IMG/VR virus record: IMGVR_UViG_3300028800_000076
Location: 12,205 to 76,204 of that record
Reading direction: 5' to 3' (one strand)
Length of the DNA: 64,000 bases
Source: a virus
Under the pieces are notes generated by a model that made no database searches, was not told the DNA's origin, and saw only the letters and a program-made list of their open reading frames with translations. Positions 38,140-48,085 of the stretch are shown in pieces. The translations under genes and the position numbers were made by a program. Each line of letters opens with the position of its first letter. Position 1 is the first letter of the stretch.

Positions 38140-38696
38140 TAATGGCCAGGATTATATTTCCGACCATTACGCAACCGCCGCTTGGCACTTTCCCGGCAAT
38201 TGCTCAGTTTGAGGCATCATGGCATCAGCCATGGTCTGAGCCGGTCAGGACAAAACCTCGTCTTCAAACCGGACTTCAGCAGGCATTCTTTCCACCGGGC
38301 CAGATCGTCCCAACCGATATTGCTTGGTACGCCCCATTCACCAATCCGGTCAGGACTAAGCCCAGGCTCCCACCGAGCGAAAATCCATTCTTCTTCTTTG
38401 AGCCAGAGCCTCCCGTCTTTGAGCAGATGGCTTGGTATCAATGGCTGTCGGAGCCCAAGCGCTTCAAGAAGGGACTATCCCCGGAGCTTCAGCACTACTT
38501 CGAGGGGCCACCCAGATTACTGCCGACCCCTACTGTCTTCGTGACCATGAATGCGACTGAGATTAATACGGACGTGTTCCTGGGTGCTATCAATGTGTAT
38601 ACTCCCAGCGGCATAACAACTTCAGGGGCGGGTGCTAGGGTTTCTATTATGGAAGTCCAGGTTGGAGGAGACCCGATCAGCATCCGGGAGACCTAA
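38136..38696 (+). CDS. structural protein with three W..(S/T)(E/N)PVRTKPRL-like repeats
   Basis: WHQPWSEPVRTKPRL, WYAPFTNPVRTKPRL, WYQWLSEPKRFKKGL. Confidence 0.65.
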   Translation: MIMARIIFPTITQPPLGTFPAIAQFEASWHQPWSEPVRTKPRLQTGLQQAFFPPGQIVPTDIAWYAPFTNPVRTKPRLPPSENPFFFFEPEPPVFEQMAWYQWLSEPKRFKKGLSPELQHYFEGPPRLLPTPTVFVTMNATEINTDVFLGAINVYTPSGITTSGAGARVSIMEVQVGGDPISIRET

Positions 38697-39010
38697 TGAC
38701 GGTCTTTAATAGCGGGCCAATCAACATTGAGGCAGGCAACAGCGCGGCCTTTACCGTGGAGTTTCTGGACTCGTCCGGGAACATCACGGTGCCATCCGGA
38801 GGCTCCCTGGCGGTAACCTATCTCAATGCAAGCAATTCCAGCCAGACCGATACAGTGACCCTGGCGGGCAATGGCTCGTTCTTCACCGGAACTTGGTCCT
38901 CAACCTCAGCGGCGTTGGGCACAGCAACCTGGGTGGCCACAATAACCGGCAGCACCATCACGCAGTCTGCTGGGCAAGTGCGGATCATCCAAAGGCAGAG
39001 CACATACTGA
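38696..39010 (+). CDS. Ig-like structural protein
   Basis: Beta-sandwich pattern; coupled at both ends. Confidence 0.6.
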   Translation: MTVFNSGPINIEAGNSAAFTVEFLDSSGNITVPSGGSLAVTYLNASNSSQTDTVTLAGNGSFFTGTWSSTSAALGTATWVATITGSTITQSAGQVRIIQRQSTY

Positions 39011-39720
39011 TGGGCCTCTTTCCCACCACACAAGTCTATAGCGGAAGTTATGACTTCGCGCCCTCTGGCGGTGAGATTGTCGTGGCCGCCTTCCAGCGCA
39101 TCCAGGTGCGACCAACAGAGCTTACGCCCTCGCATCTCCAGCAGGCCACGGTGGAGCTAAACCTGCTCCAAGCCCGCCTATCTGGGCTTCAGCCCAATTT
39201 ATGGACGGTGGACCTTCAGGCTCTTCCCTTGGTGCAAGGCCAGAACACCTATTCGCTCCCGGCTGAGACTGCGGTGATTACTGATGCGTATATCCGCACC
39301 GGCTCCGGAACCGCAGTTAACGACCGGATTATCTTCGGCATCAGCCGCACTGAGTATGCATCTATCTCCAATAAACTCACTCAGGCCTTTCCCAACCAGT
39401 TCTGGTTTGACCGGCTGATCTCACCCACAATCACATTCTATCCCACGCCAGACGGCAATGGGCCTTATACCTGCTACTACTATCGTGTTCGGCTTCTTCA
39501 GGATGCGAAGATGCCGAATGGACTGAACGTCGAGATACCGGCCTTGTGGCTTGATGCGGTGGTCTCTGGCCTCGCGCACAGGCTGGCGCGTGTCTATGCG
39601 CCGCAACTTGAAGACAAGCGCAAGATGGATGCTGATGAGGCCTGGGCTCTGGCATCCAAGCAGGACGTGGAAGATGTGCCGATGCACATCACTCCAGGCA
39701 TGAGTGGATACTTTCGGTGA
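39010..39720 (+). CDS. head-tail adaptor / tail tubular protein A-like
   Basis: NLWTV, ISRTEYASI, PNQFWFDR, YPTPD, GLAHRLA. Confidence 0.75.
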   Translation: MGLFPTTQVYSGSYDFAPSGGEIVVAAFQRIQVRPTELTPSHLQQATVELNLLQARLSGLQPNLWTVDLQALPLVQGQNTYSLPAETAVITDAYIRTGSGTAVNDRIIFGISRTEYASISNKLTQAFPNQFWFDRLISPTITFYPTPDGNGPYTCYYYRVRLLQDAKMPNGLNVEIPALWLDAVVSGLAHRLARVYAPQLEDKRKMDADEAWALASKQDVEDVPMHITPGMSGYFR

Positions 39721-40532
39721 GCTTTCGCCCGCACGGTCGCGCCAGTATCAGCCCGACCAATCCCAGAGCTCTGGGTATCTGCGACCGTTGCGACGCGCGT
39801 TACAATCACGATCAGCTAAACTGGCAGTTTGCCTGGGGTGGTCCCCGTATCTACAATACAAGGATTCTGGTCTGCCAAAGCTGTCTGGATAAGTTGCAGG
39901 AAAATGGATTACGTACCATTGTTCTACCCCCCGATCCAATTCCTATCGATAATGCGCGGCCAGAAGCTGACGTACAGGATACCAATCCGCTCTCAGGGCT
40001 TGGCATGAGCGCCAATCTGTTCATGCCGCAGTATGGCTCCTTTATAGGCAACCTAACCGGAGGCGGTGGTCTTAATGCTGCCTTCGATGCCAACTCGGCC
40101 AAGCCATCGTGGCAATCGGCCAGCAATATGGTCTCCAATTCCAGCTATAACAATTATGTCGGTATGAACTGGGCTGGCCGCGTTGATAACCTCAACATGC
40201 CATCGAGCCTCAAGCCGCCTGTCATTAGACACTCTCTGGTTGGCTTCTCGATCACGGCACCAAATGATCGTTCGTTCTTAGGGAACGGGCCTACGTCCTT
40301 TGTGGTCCAGGGCTCCCCCACGAATACGGCTCTCTATGGAGCGTGGACCACAATCTCAAGCGGCACGACTTCGGGCACGCCGGGTGAGACCATCGGCGGA
40401 GAATGTACAGGCTCTCTCTATCAATTCCATCGCGTGGCCTTTCTGGGCGATCAACTCAGTCCAGTTTCGATAGCCCAGGCCGCATTTAACGTCGCGCAAA
40501 TCGGCCATATCGTTACGGCGGGGTCTTCGTGA
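39717..40532 (+). CDS. neck-region protein with N-terminal Zn ribbon and extra C-terminal domain
   Basis: ALGICDRC...LVCQSCLD...DPIPIDNARPE. Confidence 0.7.
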   Translation: MSFRPHGRASISPTNPRALGICDRCDARYNHDQLNWQFAWGGPRIYNTRILVCQSCLDKLQENGLRTIVLPPDPIPIDNARPEADVQDTNPLSGLGMSANLFMPQYGSFIGNLTGGGGLNAAFDANSAKPSWQSASNMVSNSSYNNYVGMNWAGRVDNLNMPSSLKPPVIRHSLVGFSITAPNDRSFLGNGPTSFVVQGSPTNTALYGAWTTISSGTTSGTPGETIGGECTGSLYQFHRVAFLGDQLSPVSIAQAAFNVAQIGHIVTAGSS

Positions 40533-41020
40533 TTAGTCACTCCGAACTTTGTAGGAAGCTTTCATACGATCCAATTACGGGATCGTTTAAGTGGCTTATT
40601 CGCCCTCGGCAAAGAGTTGTGGTGGCGGAGAAGGCTGGTTGTATTAATCCATATGGGTACAGACAAATCTGTCTGAATCAAAAACTTTACAAGGCCCACC
40701 GACTTGCATGGTTCTATATGTATAAAGTGTGGCCGCCATCTGCCATTGATCACATCAATGGGGATAGAGATGATAATCGAATAGAAAACCTCAGATTGGC
40801 TAATTCGCAACAAAATCAAGCCAATTCTAAAGTCAGAACGAATAATAAATCTGGTTTTAAGGGAGCCTCGCTACACAGTCTAAGTGGTCTCTATATGTCG
40901 AGAATTATGGTTGATGGAAAGACCAAGCTTCTTGGGTATTTCAAAACACCAGAAGAAGCTAACGTGGCTTATACGAAGGCTGCCAAAGAAGCCTTCGGTG
41001 AATTCTCGAATGGAGGATAA
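40529..41020 (+). CDS. HNH-AP2 endonuclease
   Basis: YDPITG, AHRLAWFY, IDHINGDRDDNRIENLR, NKSGFKG...LGYF.T.EEA..AY...FGEF. Confidence 0.9.
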   Translation: MISHSELCRKLSYDPITGSFKWLIRPRQRVVVAEKAGCINPYGYRQICLNQKLYKAHRLAWFYMYKVWPPSAIDHINGDRDDNRIENLRLANSQQNQANSKVRTNNKSGFKGASLHSLSGLYMSRIMVDGKTKLLGYFKTPEEANVAYTKAAKEAFGEFSNGG

Positions 41021-41022
41021 TC

Positions 41023-41742
41023 GTGTCCTCGCTCAATTATACCACTTACGTTCAACAGATAGCTAATCTACTCGTGGTGGCATCATCCGATCTTAATTTT
41101 CAGACGATGTTGCCTGGAATGATTGACTACAGTGAACAAAGAATCTACCGCGAACTGGATTTGCTCTATACGCAGGTAACGGATGCCACCACGCAGGTTT
41201 CCAGCGGCGTTCGAGACTTCACGCTGCCGACTGACCAGGGCAGCTTTATCACGGTCGATAACCTGAACATCATCCTGCCCGCAGGAGCGCTCTCATCGCA
41301 GGGATCGCGCGTTCCGCTGACGCCAGTGGATCGCTCCTTTATCGATTTGGTCTATCCTTCTGGACAGACTATCACAGACACCCCGGCTTATTTTGCGCGA
41401 GCCTCGGAGACGGTGGTGATCTTTGGTCCATCGCCGGATGCTGCGTACTATGCGGAGGTGGTTGGTATCCAGCGGCCTGCATCTCTCTCGTCCGCCAACT
41501 CATCCACCATTCTCACGCAATACATTCCGGACGTATTTATCGCGGCGTCCATGGTGTTTGGCACGGCCTATCAACGCGACTTCGGTGCTCAGGCCGACGA
41601 TCCAGGCCGCGCCCAATCATGGGAGTCCCAGTATCAAACGCTGTCGAAGTCGGCAGGCGTGGAGCAGGCCAGAGCCAAGTTCGAGGCCGAAGGCTGGACC
41701 TCGGAATCCCCCTCTCCAACGTCGACGCCGCCCAGGGTCTAG
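41023..41742 (+). CDS. second adaptor/tail protein
   Basis: IDYSEQRIYRELD, FGPSPDAAY, PDVFIAASM. Confidence 0.75.
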   Translation: MSSLNYTTYVQQIANLLVVASSDLNFQTMLPGMIDYSEQRIYRELDLLYTQVTDATTQVSSGVRDFTLPTDQGSFITVDNLNIILPAGALSSQGSRVPLTPVDRSFIDLVYPSGQTITDTPAYFARASETVVIFGPSPDAAYYAEVVGIQRPASLSSANSSTILTQYIPDVFIAASMVFGTAYQRDFGAQADDPGRAQSWESQYQTLSKSAGVEQARAKFEAEGWTSESPSPTSTPPRV

Positions 41743-41745
41743 CGC

Positions 41746-43767
41746 ATGGCGATGCAAACCGTCAGGCTTCGTCCTGGCGTCAACACACAGTTCACCAAGG
41801 CCTTTAACGAGGCTGGCGTTTCTGTATCGAATCTTATTCGCTATAAGGATGGCTTGATCCAGAAAATCGGTGGCTGGGATCAGTATTATCCGCTCACAAT
41901 CTCATCCACGATCCGTGCCATCCACGCATGGCAAGGAGCGGCAGGGCAGCAATATGTTGGCGTTGGCGCAACTGGCTCCCTGAGCATTATCACGGCAGGC
42001 TCGCTCTCAGATGTGACGCCACAAACTCGCACCAGCAACTTCACGCCAAATCTTTCGATCTCATCTGGTAGTTCTATTATTACCGTCGTGGATGTTGGAA
42101 GCAGTGTGTCCACATTTGATGTGGCATATTTCAACACCCAGATGGCCATCGGCGGCAGCTTTATCCAGGGACCCTATCAGATCAATTCGGTGGGTGGCTC
42201 CAGTTCATATACCATCGGGTCCACTGGTGTTTCCTCCGTCGCTGTGACCAGCAGCGGTATTCTTCCGATCTTCACCGCCACGCAAAATAGCGGCGTCGTA
42301 AGCGTTGCTCTTCCGAACAATAACTATCAGTCCATTACTGGATTGTTCGAGCCATATATTGCGCCAACAACGGTTGGTGGCCTGACCATTCAAGGTAGGT
42401 ATCAGACCAGAACTGTTATCGACTCCACCAACTTTACGATTGTCTCTCCTGTCCAGGCCCTCTCTAACGATACCCAGACGATGAATGGGGGGCAGGCTCA
42501 GGTGGTGTACTTCATCACCATTGGACCGCCCTCTGGCGGCAGCGGCTATGGCATCGGTGGCTATGGCCTGGGTGGGTATGGCATGGGCTCCCCCACAACG
42601 GGGGGCACTGGCACGCCTATCACAGCCACAGACTGGACTATGGACAACTGGGGTGAGATTCTTCTGGCGTGCCCTGAAAACGGGCCCGTCTATGCGTGGT
42701 CTCCGGATAGTGGGTACTCAACGGCTGCTGTGGTTGCGACTGCGCCATTCTTCAATGGCGGCATCTTTATCTCGATGCCTCAGCAGATTTTGGTGTGCTG
42801 GCGCTCCACGCAGATCACGGGGGTCCAGGACCCACTGGAGGTGGTCTGGTCTGATGGCGGCGACTACACCAACTTCCAGATCAACAATCAGACCTCGGCT
42901 GGCAGTTTTCACATCCCGACCGGCTCCATCATTATGGGCGGCATCCAGGCCCCGACCTATGGGGTAATCTGGACCGATGTGGATGTCTGGCTCATGCAGT
43001 ATGTGGGCGGCGATGTGGTGTTCAACTTCTCCCGCGTCGGCAATGGTTGCGGCCTGATTGGCAAGCATGCGGCAGGCAAGATCGGCGGGAACGTCTATTG
43101 GTGCGGCCTGAATAACTTTTTCCTTTTGGCGGGCGGCCAAGTCACCACGCTGCCCTGCACGGTCTGGGACTTCATCTTCCAGAACCTGGATACGGCCAAT
43201 CAGGGAAAAATCTGCTGCGCCCCAAATAGCACCTTTAATGAGATTGCTTGGTATTTCCCCTCCATTAACGGGGCGGGCGAAAACGACTCCTACGTGAAGT
43301 ACAACATCACAGAGGGCGAATGGGACTATGGCACGCTATCCCGCAATGCCTGGGTGGATGTGAGCGCGCTCGGTAATCCGATCTCGGCCGATACTGTCAA
43401 TATCTATCAGCAGGAAGAGGGCTATAACGCCGTCACGTCCCCTATCAATAGTCTGTTCCAGAGTGGCTATTGGTCCATTTCGGAAGGCAATGATTTGGCT
43501 TTTGTGGACTGGTTCCTTCCGGACATGAAATTCGGAACCTATAGCGGTTCCCAGACTGCCTCGGTCCAGATCACCTTCCTGGCCGTCGATTACATGGGGG
43601 ATACGCCAAGGTCTTATGGACCCTATACCTTCAGCCAGAACACCCAATTCCTCGCGCCTCGACTGCGCGGTCGATTCATGGCAATAATCATTCAAAGCAA
43701 TGATACGGGGAGCTTTTGGCGTATTGGCGGGGCTAAATATCGCTGGGCGATAGCGGGAAGGCGATAG
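41746..43767 (+). CDS. tail nozzle (P22 gp10 / tubular protein B-like)
   Basis: RPGVN, QKIGGW, DNWGE, WSD, IWTD, FNEIAWYFP, PRLRGR...WRIG. Confidence 0.8.
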   Translation: MAMQTVRLRPGVNTQFTKAFNEAGVSVSNLIRYKDGLIQKIGGWDQYYPLTISSTIRAIHAWQGAAGQQYVGVGATGSLSIITAGSLSDVTPQTRTSNFTPNLSISSGSSIITVVDVGSSVSTFDVAYFNTQMAIGGSFIQGPYQINSVGGSSSYTIGSTGVSSVAVTSSGILPIFTATQNSGVVSVALPNNNYQSITGLFEPYIAPTTVGGLTIQGRYQTRTVIDSTNFTIVSPVQALSNDTQTMNGGQAQVVYFITIGPPSGGSGYGIGGYGLGGYGMGSPTTGGTGTPITATDWTMDNWGEILLACPENGPVYAWSPDSGYSTAAVVATAPFFNGGIFISMPQQILVCWRSTQITGVQDPLEVVWSDGGDYTNFQINNQTSAGSFHIPTGSIIMGGIQAPTYGVIWTDVDVWLMQYVGGDVVFNFSRVGNGCGLIGKHAAGKIGGNVYWCGLNNFFLLAGGQVTTLPCTVWDFIFQNLDTANQGKICCAPNSTFNEIAWYFPSINGAGENDSYVKYNITEGEWDYGTLSRNAWVDVSALGNPISADTVNIYQQEEGYNAVTSPINSLFQSGYWSISEGNDLAFVDWFLPDMKFGTYSGSQTASVQITFLAVDYMGDTPRSYGPYTFSQNTQFLAPRLRGRFMAIIIQSNDTGSFWRIGGAKYRWAIAGRR

Positions 43768-44006
43768 TGACTGACAGTAGCAATGGCGGTGGCAAGCTTA
43801 CGGAACTGCTGACGGCCATGCAGAATGGCGTCATTGCCATCAATGAGCTTGGCACGAAACTCGGCAATATCTTCCCGCAAGCCACAGCGCTATCGACCAC
43901 AGCGGCCATCGCCGGGACTATCACCTTCACCTCTTCTCAAGCCGTTACGTTCATGACAGTCCAGACAAGCTCGGGAGGCACCTACAAAGTGCCGCTTTAT
44001 ACCTAA
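43767..44006 (+). CDS. small tail protein
   Basis: Coupled to the nozzle gene. Confidence 0.6.
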   Translation: MTDSSNGGGKLTELLTAMQNGVIAINELGTKLGNIFPQATALSTTAAIAGTITFTSSQAVTFMTVQTSSGGTYKVPLYT

Positions 44007-45395
44007 ATGAGCAGCCCAACCCCGAATAAAGGCTATACCTATCCGGTACACGGCGGGGCCGTTAACGCCTGGGATACGCCGCTTAACGCTGACTTTGACG
44101 CCATCGATCTTAACCTTGGTGGCATGTACCCGATCATCATCGGGTCTTCGATTGTTGGTGTTACCTATGGCTCGACTGCGCTGACTGCATCGAGCACAGC
44201 AAATGTGCTGACGCTGCCGTCAACCCTGGCAGCCAATCTCTATTATCCGGTCTCAGGCACGCTCATCCAGAACCTGGATATTGCCTTCCCGGCCGCTGGC
44301 GGCATTTATTCGATCAACAATCAGTCGTCCGGAGCATTTGTACTCTCGATCTACCCCACAGGTAGCTCGGCAGGCTCGGTAAGCGTTACGCAAGGCGCTG
44401 CTTCGTTTCTGGTGTTGAATGCATCTGCTGCCACTGATGCTGATGGCAACAAGGGTCGTCTTCCCCCTCAAAGCAACAATACGTTGGTCGGCAATGTATC
44501 TGGCGCATCTGCCGTTCCGGGGGCCCTTACTATTGGTACTGGATTGACCCCAGGCAGCAGTACCTCGGCTACGATATCCGCTCCAGGCTTTGCTCCGCCA
44601 TCTTCGTTCAAGAATCTTGTCATCAAGGTTTTGACTAATACAACAATCAGCGTGTCGGCTGATTTCGTCACGACGACAGATGGAACCCATTATCAAACCA
44701 CAGCAGTTAATTCGACCGTTAATATGGGAACCACAGGAGTTGATGCTTTGATCGGTGGCTCTGGTGCTGACGGCACCATTACTGCGGGTACTTGGTACTA
44801 TCTTTGGGTAATTGTTCAATCAAACGGAACCACCAAAGTTGTTGCAGCTACAGAATCTACGGCAAATGCAACATTCCTGGCAAATCTAGCGAACATAGCT
44901 TCGGGGATTTATACCTATTATGCAAATATAGCTGCTGTACCAACTGCTTCTGGTGTGGCTCAGCTTATGGGCCTCTATCAGGAAGGTAGATGGGCTCAGT
45001 ATATTCTTGGTCTCGCTCAGACCACAGCCTCATCCGTTATCATGAGAAGTGGTGTTACCGGAGCCTACAGTCCAACAAGCCCTACAGGACAGTCTATTAC
45101 TGTAGCTGGCAATGGTCTATTGGTTCCAATTACAGCATCAAGAATTACAATGAATATAACGAATACATGGAAGTTTAATTCGGCTTCCAATGTCTTGATT
45201 GCTCCAAATGCTAGCTGGTTCGGTAGCCAGAATGGACCGGGCGGAAGTAACGGTGTGGTATGGCCAGTTTATCTCCAGCCTGGAGTTGGCACCAACGCTC
45301 AGATTTCCATGATGCTGGAATCAACAGCGCTGGTTATGTGCGCTGATACTTCTGGGTTTGCCGTAGCCTGCCTGGGTTGGGAGGTAAACCTGTAA
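44007..45395 (+). CDS. tail fibre/spike protein
   Basis: N-terminal TPNKGY.YP..G...AWDTPLN anchor; S/T/G-rich body; lower-GC C-half. Confidence 0.7.
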   Translation: MSSPTPNKGYTYPVHGGAVNAWDTPLNADFDAIDLNLGGMYPIIIGSSIVGVTYGSTALTASSTANVLTLPSTLAANLYYPVSGTLIQNLDIAFPAAGGIYSINNQSSGAFVLSIYPTGSSAGSVSVTQGAASFLVLNASAATDADGNKGRLPPQSNNTLVGNVSGASAVPGALTIGTGLTPGSSTSATISAPGFAPPSSFKNLVIKVLTNTTISVSADFVTTTDGTHYQTTAVNSTVNMGTTGVDALIGGSGADGTITAGTWYYLWVIVQSNGTTKVVAATESTANATFLANLANIASGIYTYYANIAAVPTASGVAQLMGLYQEGRWAQYILGLAQTTASSVIMRSGVTGAYSPTSPTGQSITVAGNGLLVPITASRITMNITNTWKFNSASNVLIAPNASWFGSQNGPGGSNGVVWPVYLQPGVGTNAQISMMLESTALVMCADTSGFAVACLGWEVNL

Positions 45396-47588
45396 ATGCC
45401 TTACAAGTCCCGCGCCCAAGCTGGATACTTCCACACGCACAAGGCTCAACTGGAAGCCCAGGGAGTTGATGTTGCGGAATGGGATAAGTCCTCGAAGGGC
45501 AAAAGCCTTCCGTACAAGGTCAAGAAGACCGCGATGAAGACTGCGCGCCGCTATGGCGGCCGTGCAGAGGGTGGTCCTGTTTTCGATGAGCGTCCCGATG
45601 AGGTTCTCGGCCGCGCCGGTAAGGCTGCTATCGACTACGTGAAGGATGCAGTCGATCCATGGAAAAAGGATGAGAGCGGAAAATATTACGCCGACCAGCC
45701 CCTCGCATCGCCATACGGCAAGACGCCTGAAATCCGCAAGGGCGCGGCAGACTATGCCCAGACGGCCATTGATGTGGGTTCCAACTTTATCCCGATGGGT
45801 GGCGGCCCGGCCAAGTCGATCTTCCTGGGCCCGCTGGCCACCAAGGCCCTACGCGCCACGATGCAGATGCATCCTGCCGTAGGCTCTGCGCTGACTGCTG
45901 CTGAGCAGGCTATTCTTAGGCGCGCGGCAGAGAACGGCCCAGAGGCGGTGACTGCGGCCCGGCGCGGTATCCAGAATAACCGCGATGCCATCGCAGCCAT
46001 CGACCTGAAGAACAATCCTGCGGCCGATCCAGAGCGTGATCGCCTGCGCTTTGCACTGACTGGAACGGCCCGCAATGCTGCTGAGCAGCCTGTTAAAGAA
46101 GCTTCCGACCTTGGAGTTGGTCTTAAGCCAATCGGCGCTGATAGTGAGTCATGGCGCTTCAAGATCATGCATCCGGAAGGTGATTTGCATGAAGCGCTTG
46201 GAATTCCGGCGGTTAAATTCGATTCAAAGATGAATCCTGGCGAAGCGGCTACCAACCGCAAGACTAATGAAATAACTCTAGGCGGAATGCCTTGGGTTAA
46301 AAGCCACATGCAGAAAGCTCTCGGGGCCCTGGTCCATGAGCTAGATCATGTGGCTGGTCTCAAGGACAATATGCCGATTGGTTCCTCTCCAGCCATAGAA
46401 CCAATTTTCCCACAAATGTATCATCAGGGCCTTGGCAAGGAAGCGCCATCGGATTCTGAGCAAGTTATGAAAGCTTTTGCTGCGCAGAATTTTGGTATGA
46501 GAGCACTTCCGGATTCTGAAAGAACTGCGGCATTTGATACTTATAGACGCTCGGCTGGTGAGGTTAGCGCTGAGAATGCCAGAGGCAGGCGCGCAAAGGG
46601 CTATAAGTATCTCAGCTATCCCGAAGACACAGAGCATACTGGACGTGGACAGCAAATCATTCGGTTTGATCGAGACTTCGACAAGCGCGCCGAAGAGGTC
46701 AATAAGGCAGACGGTGGTGCTCTGTCCGACATGGGACAGGCCGCAAGCTCTTACTTCGATCCAGACAAGCTGACGCAAGAGCAGAAGTATCAGCTTGGCG
46801 TAGCGCTGCTCAAGAAGCAGCTTTTGGCCAAGCCGCCGACTGATGATGTGGCGAATGATCCTTTCTCAAAGCTGATGTCTCCATTTGATGACGGCCCAAC
46901 CGTGCAGCAGCAGGAACGTGACTATCAGAGACTTGATGCGCCCAATGCCAATCGGCTGCATGACCTGGAAGGCACGATGGAGGACAATCTTCAAAAGCCG
47001 TGGGGAGATGGCCGTGCCATGAAAAATACGTTTCCGATTGCGATGGCTGGCGGCGGCAATCCGTATGCACCAAAGCAGCAGAAGGCCAGCGACATATCCG
47101 GCTATATGTCGCGTAAAATGATCCACAAAGCGGTCAGCCCAGGCATGCTCAAGAGCCAAGTGCCGGGCCGGACTGATAAGCTGCCGATCAGTGTTCCGGC
47201 AGGCTCATACGTCGTGCCCGCCGATATCGTCTCGGGCCTGGGGCAGGGCAACTCAGATGCGGGCAACGCTATTCTGAGCAAGATGTTCAAGAGTGGCCCG
47301 CTGGGCATGAAGGCGGCGGTGGGACCCCACACCGGGCAGGCGAGCAAGCTCAAGACTGGCTTTCTCTCGAAGGGCTCAAAGAGTTCAGCCCTTGCGGCTG
47401 GAGGCGCAACCGATCAGGTTCCGGTCATTGCGGCTGGCGGAGAATACATTCTCCATCCAGAACAGGTGATGGAGGTTGGTGGTGGTGACATTGATCGAGG
47501 CCACGAGGTTCTGGATCACTTCGTCAAGCACACACGCAAGCATCTCATCAAGACCCTGAGGAAGCTCCCAGGGCCTGCAAGGGACTAG
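45396..47588 (+). CDS. internal virion/ejection protein with LPD23-like zincin domain
   Basis: LVHELDH...YRRSAGEV; C-terminal GRTDKLP...GSYVVPADIVS.LG.GNSDAG...GEYI. Confidence 0.7.
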   Translation: MPYKSRAQAGYFHTHKAQLEAQGVDVAEWDKSSKGKSLPYKVKKTAMKTARRYGGRAEGGPVFDERPDEVLGRAGKAAIDYVKDAVDPWKKDESGKYYADQPLASPYGKTPEIRKGAADYAQTAIDVGSNFIPMGGGPAKSIFLGPLATKALRATMQMHPAVGSALTAAEQAILRRAAENGPEAVTAARRGIQNNRDAIAAIDLKNNPAADPERDRLRFALTGTARNAAEQPVKEASDLGVGLKPIGADSESWRFKIMHPEGDLHEALGIPAVKFDSKMNPGEAATNRKTNEITLGGMPWVKSHMQKALGALVHELDHVAGLKDNMPIGSSPAIEPIFPQMYHQGLGKEAPSDSEQVMKAFAAQNFGMRALPDSERTAAFDTYRRSAGEVSAENARGRRAKGYKYLSYPEDTEHTGRGQQIIRFDRDFDKRAEEVNKADGGALSDMGQAASSYFDPDKLTQEQKYQLGVALLKKQLLAKPPTDDVANDPFSKLMSPFDDGPTVQQQERDYQRLDAPNANRLHDLEGTMEDNLQKPWGDGRAMKNTFPIAMAGGGNPYAPKQQKASDISGYMSRKMIHKAVSPGMLKSQVPGRTDKLPISVPAGSYVVPADIVSGLGQGNSDAGNAILSKMFKSGPLGMKAAVGPHTGQASKLKTGFLSKGSKSSALAAGGATDQVPVIAAGGEYILHPEQVMEVGGGDIDRGHEVLDHFVKHTRKHLIKTLRKLPGPARD

Positions 47589-47592
47589 TAGT

Positions 47593-48084
47593 ATGCTGGC
47601 AGTTTCCCCGTCACTCGTGCGTGCCGCCACGCCTTCTGACCACCAAGAGGTGTGGCGCATGTTTCTCATGGCCCACCATGAGAATGGCATCTTCAAGCTT
47701 GCGCCAAATAAGGTTGAATTCTTCGTCCAGCGGGCCCTGCACCCAGAATTGATTCATCCCGCTGATACGGGGCCACGCGGCCAGATTGTGGTGATAGGTC
47801 CTGCTGGCAAGCTAGAGGCCATTTGCTTCGTCATTATTGGGAGCTTTTGGTATTCGGAAGACCGGCACATTGAGGAGCTATTGGTCTTTGTTGACCCCCA
47901 ATACCGTGCATCCGGTCATGCCAAAGCACTAATCGAATGGATGAAGAAGACTGCCGATGCCTTGGGCATTCAAGTTCTTAGTGGTATTATGAGCAATACT
48001 CGAACAGAAGCAAAGGTTAGGCTCTACAAGCGCCAGATGCCAATGATCGGCGCTTTCTTCCTTTATCCTAACAGCGGGGGCTAA
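47593..48084 (+). CDS. GNAT acetyltransferase (ejection module)
   Basis: VRAATPSD, FVDPQYRASGHAKALIEW. Confidence 0.8.
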   Translation: MLAVSPSLVRAATPSDHQEVWRMFLMAHHENGIFKLAPNKVEFFVQRALHPELIHPADTGPRGQIVVIGPAGKLEAICFVIIGSFWYSEDRHIEELLVFVDPQYRASGHAKALIEWMKKTADALGIQVLSGIMSNTRTEAKVRLYKRQMPMIGAFFLYPNSGG

Positions 48085-48085
48085 A

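Noticed and set aside
27393-41020. HNH genes inside group I introns or inteins
   Set aside because: Flanking genes are intact with their own starts and stops; terL, portal and MCP appear uninterrupted.
32472-45395. Diversity-generating retroelement or invertible fibre cassette
   Set aside because: No reverse transcriptase, template/variable repeat pair or inverted fibre copy was seen.
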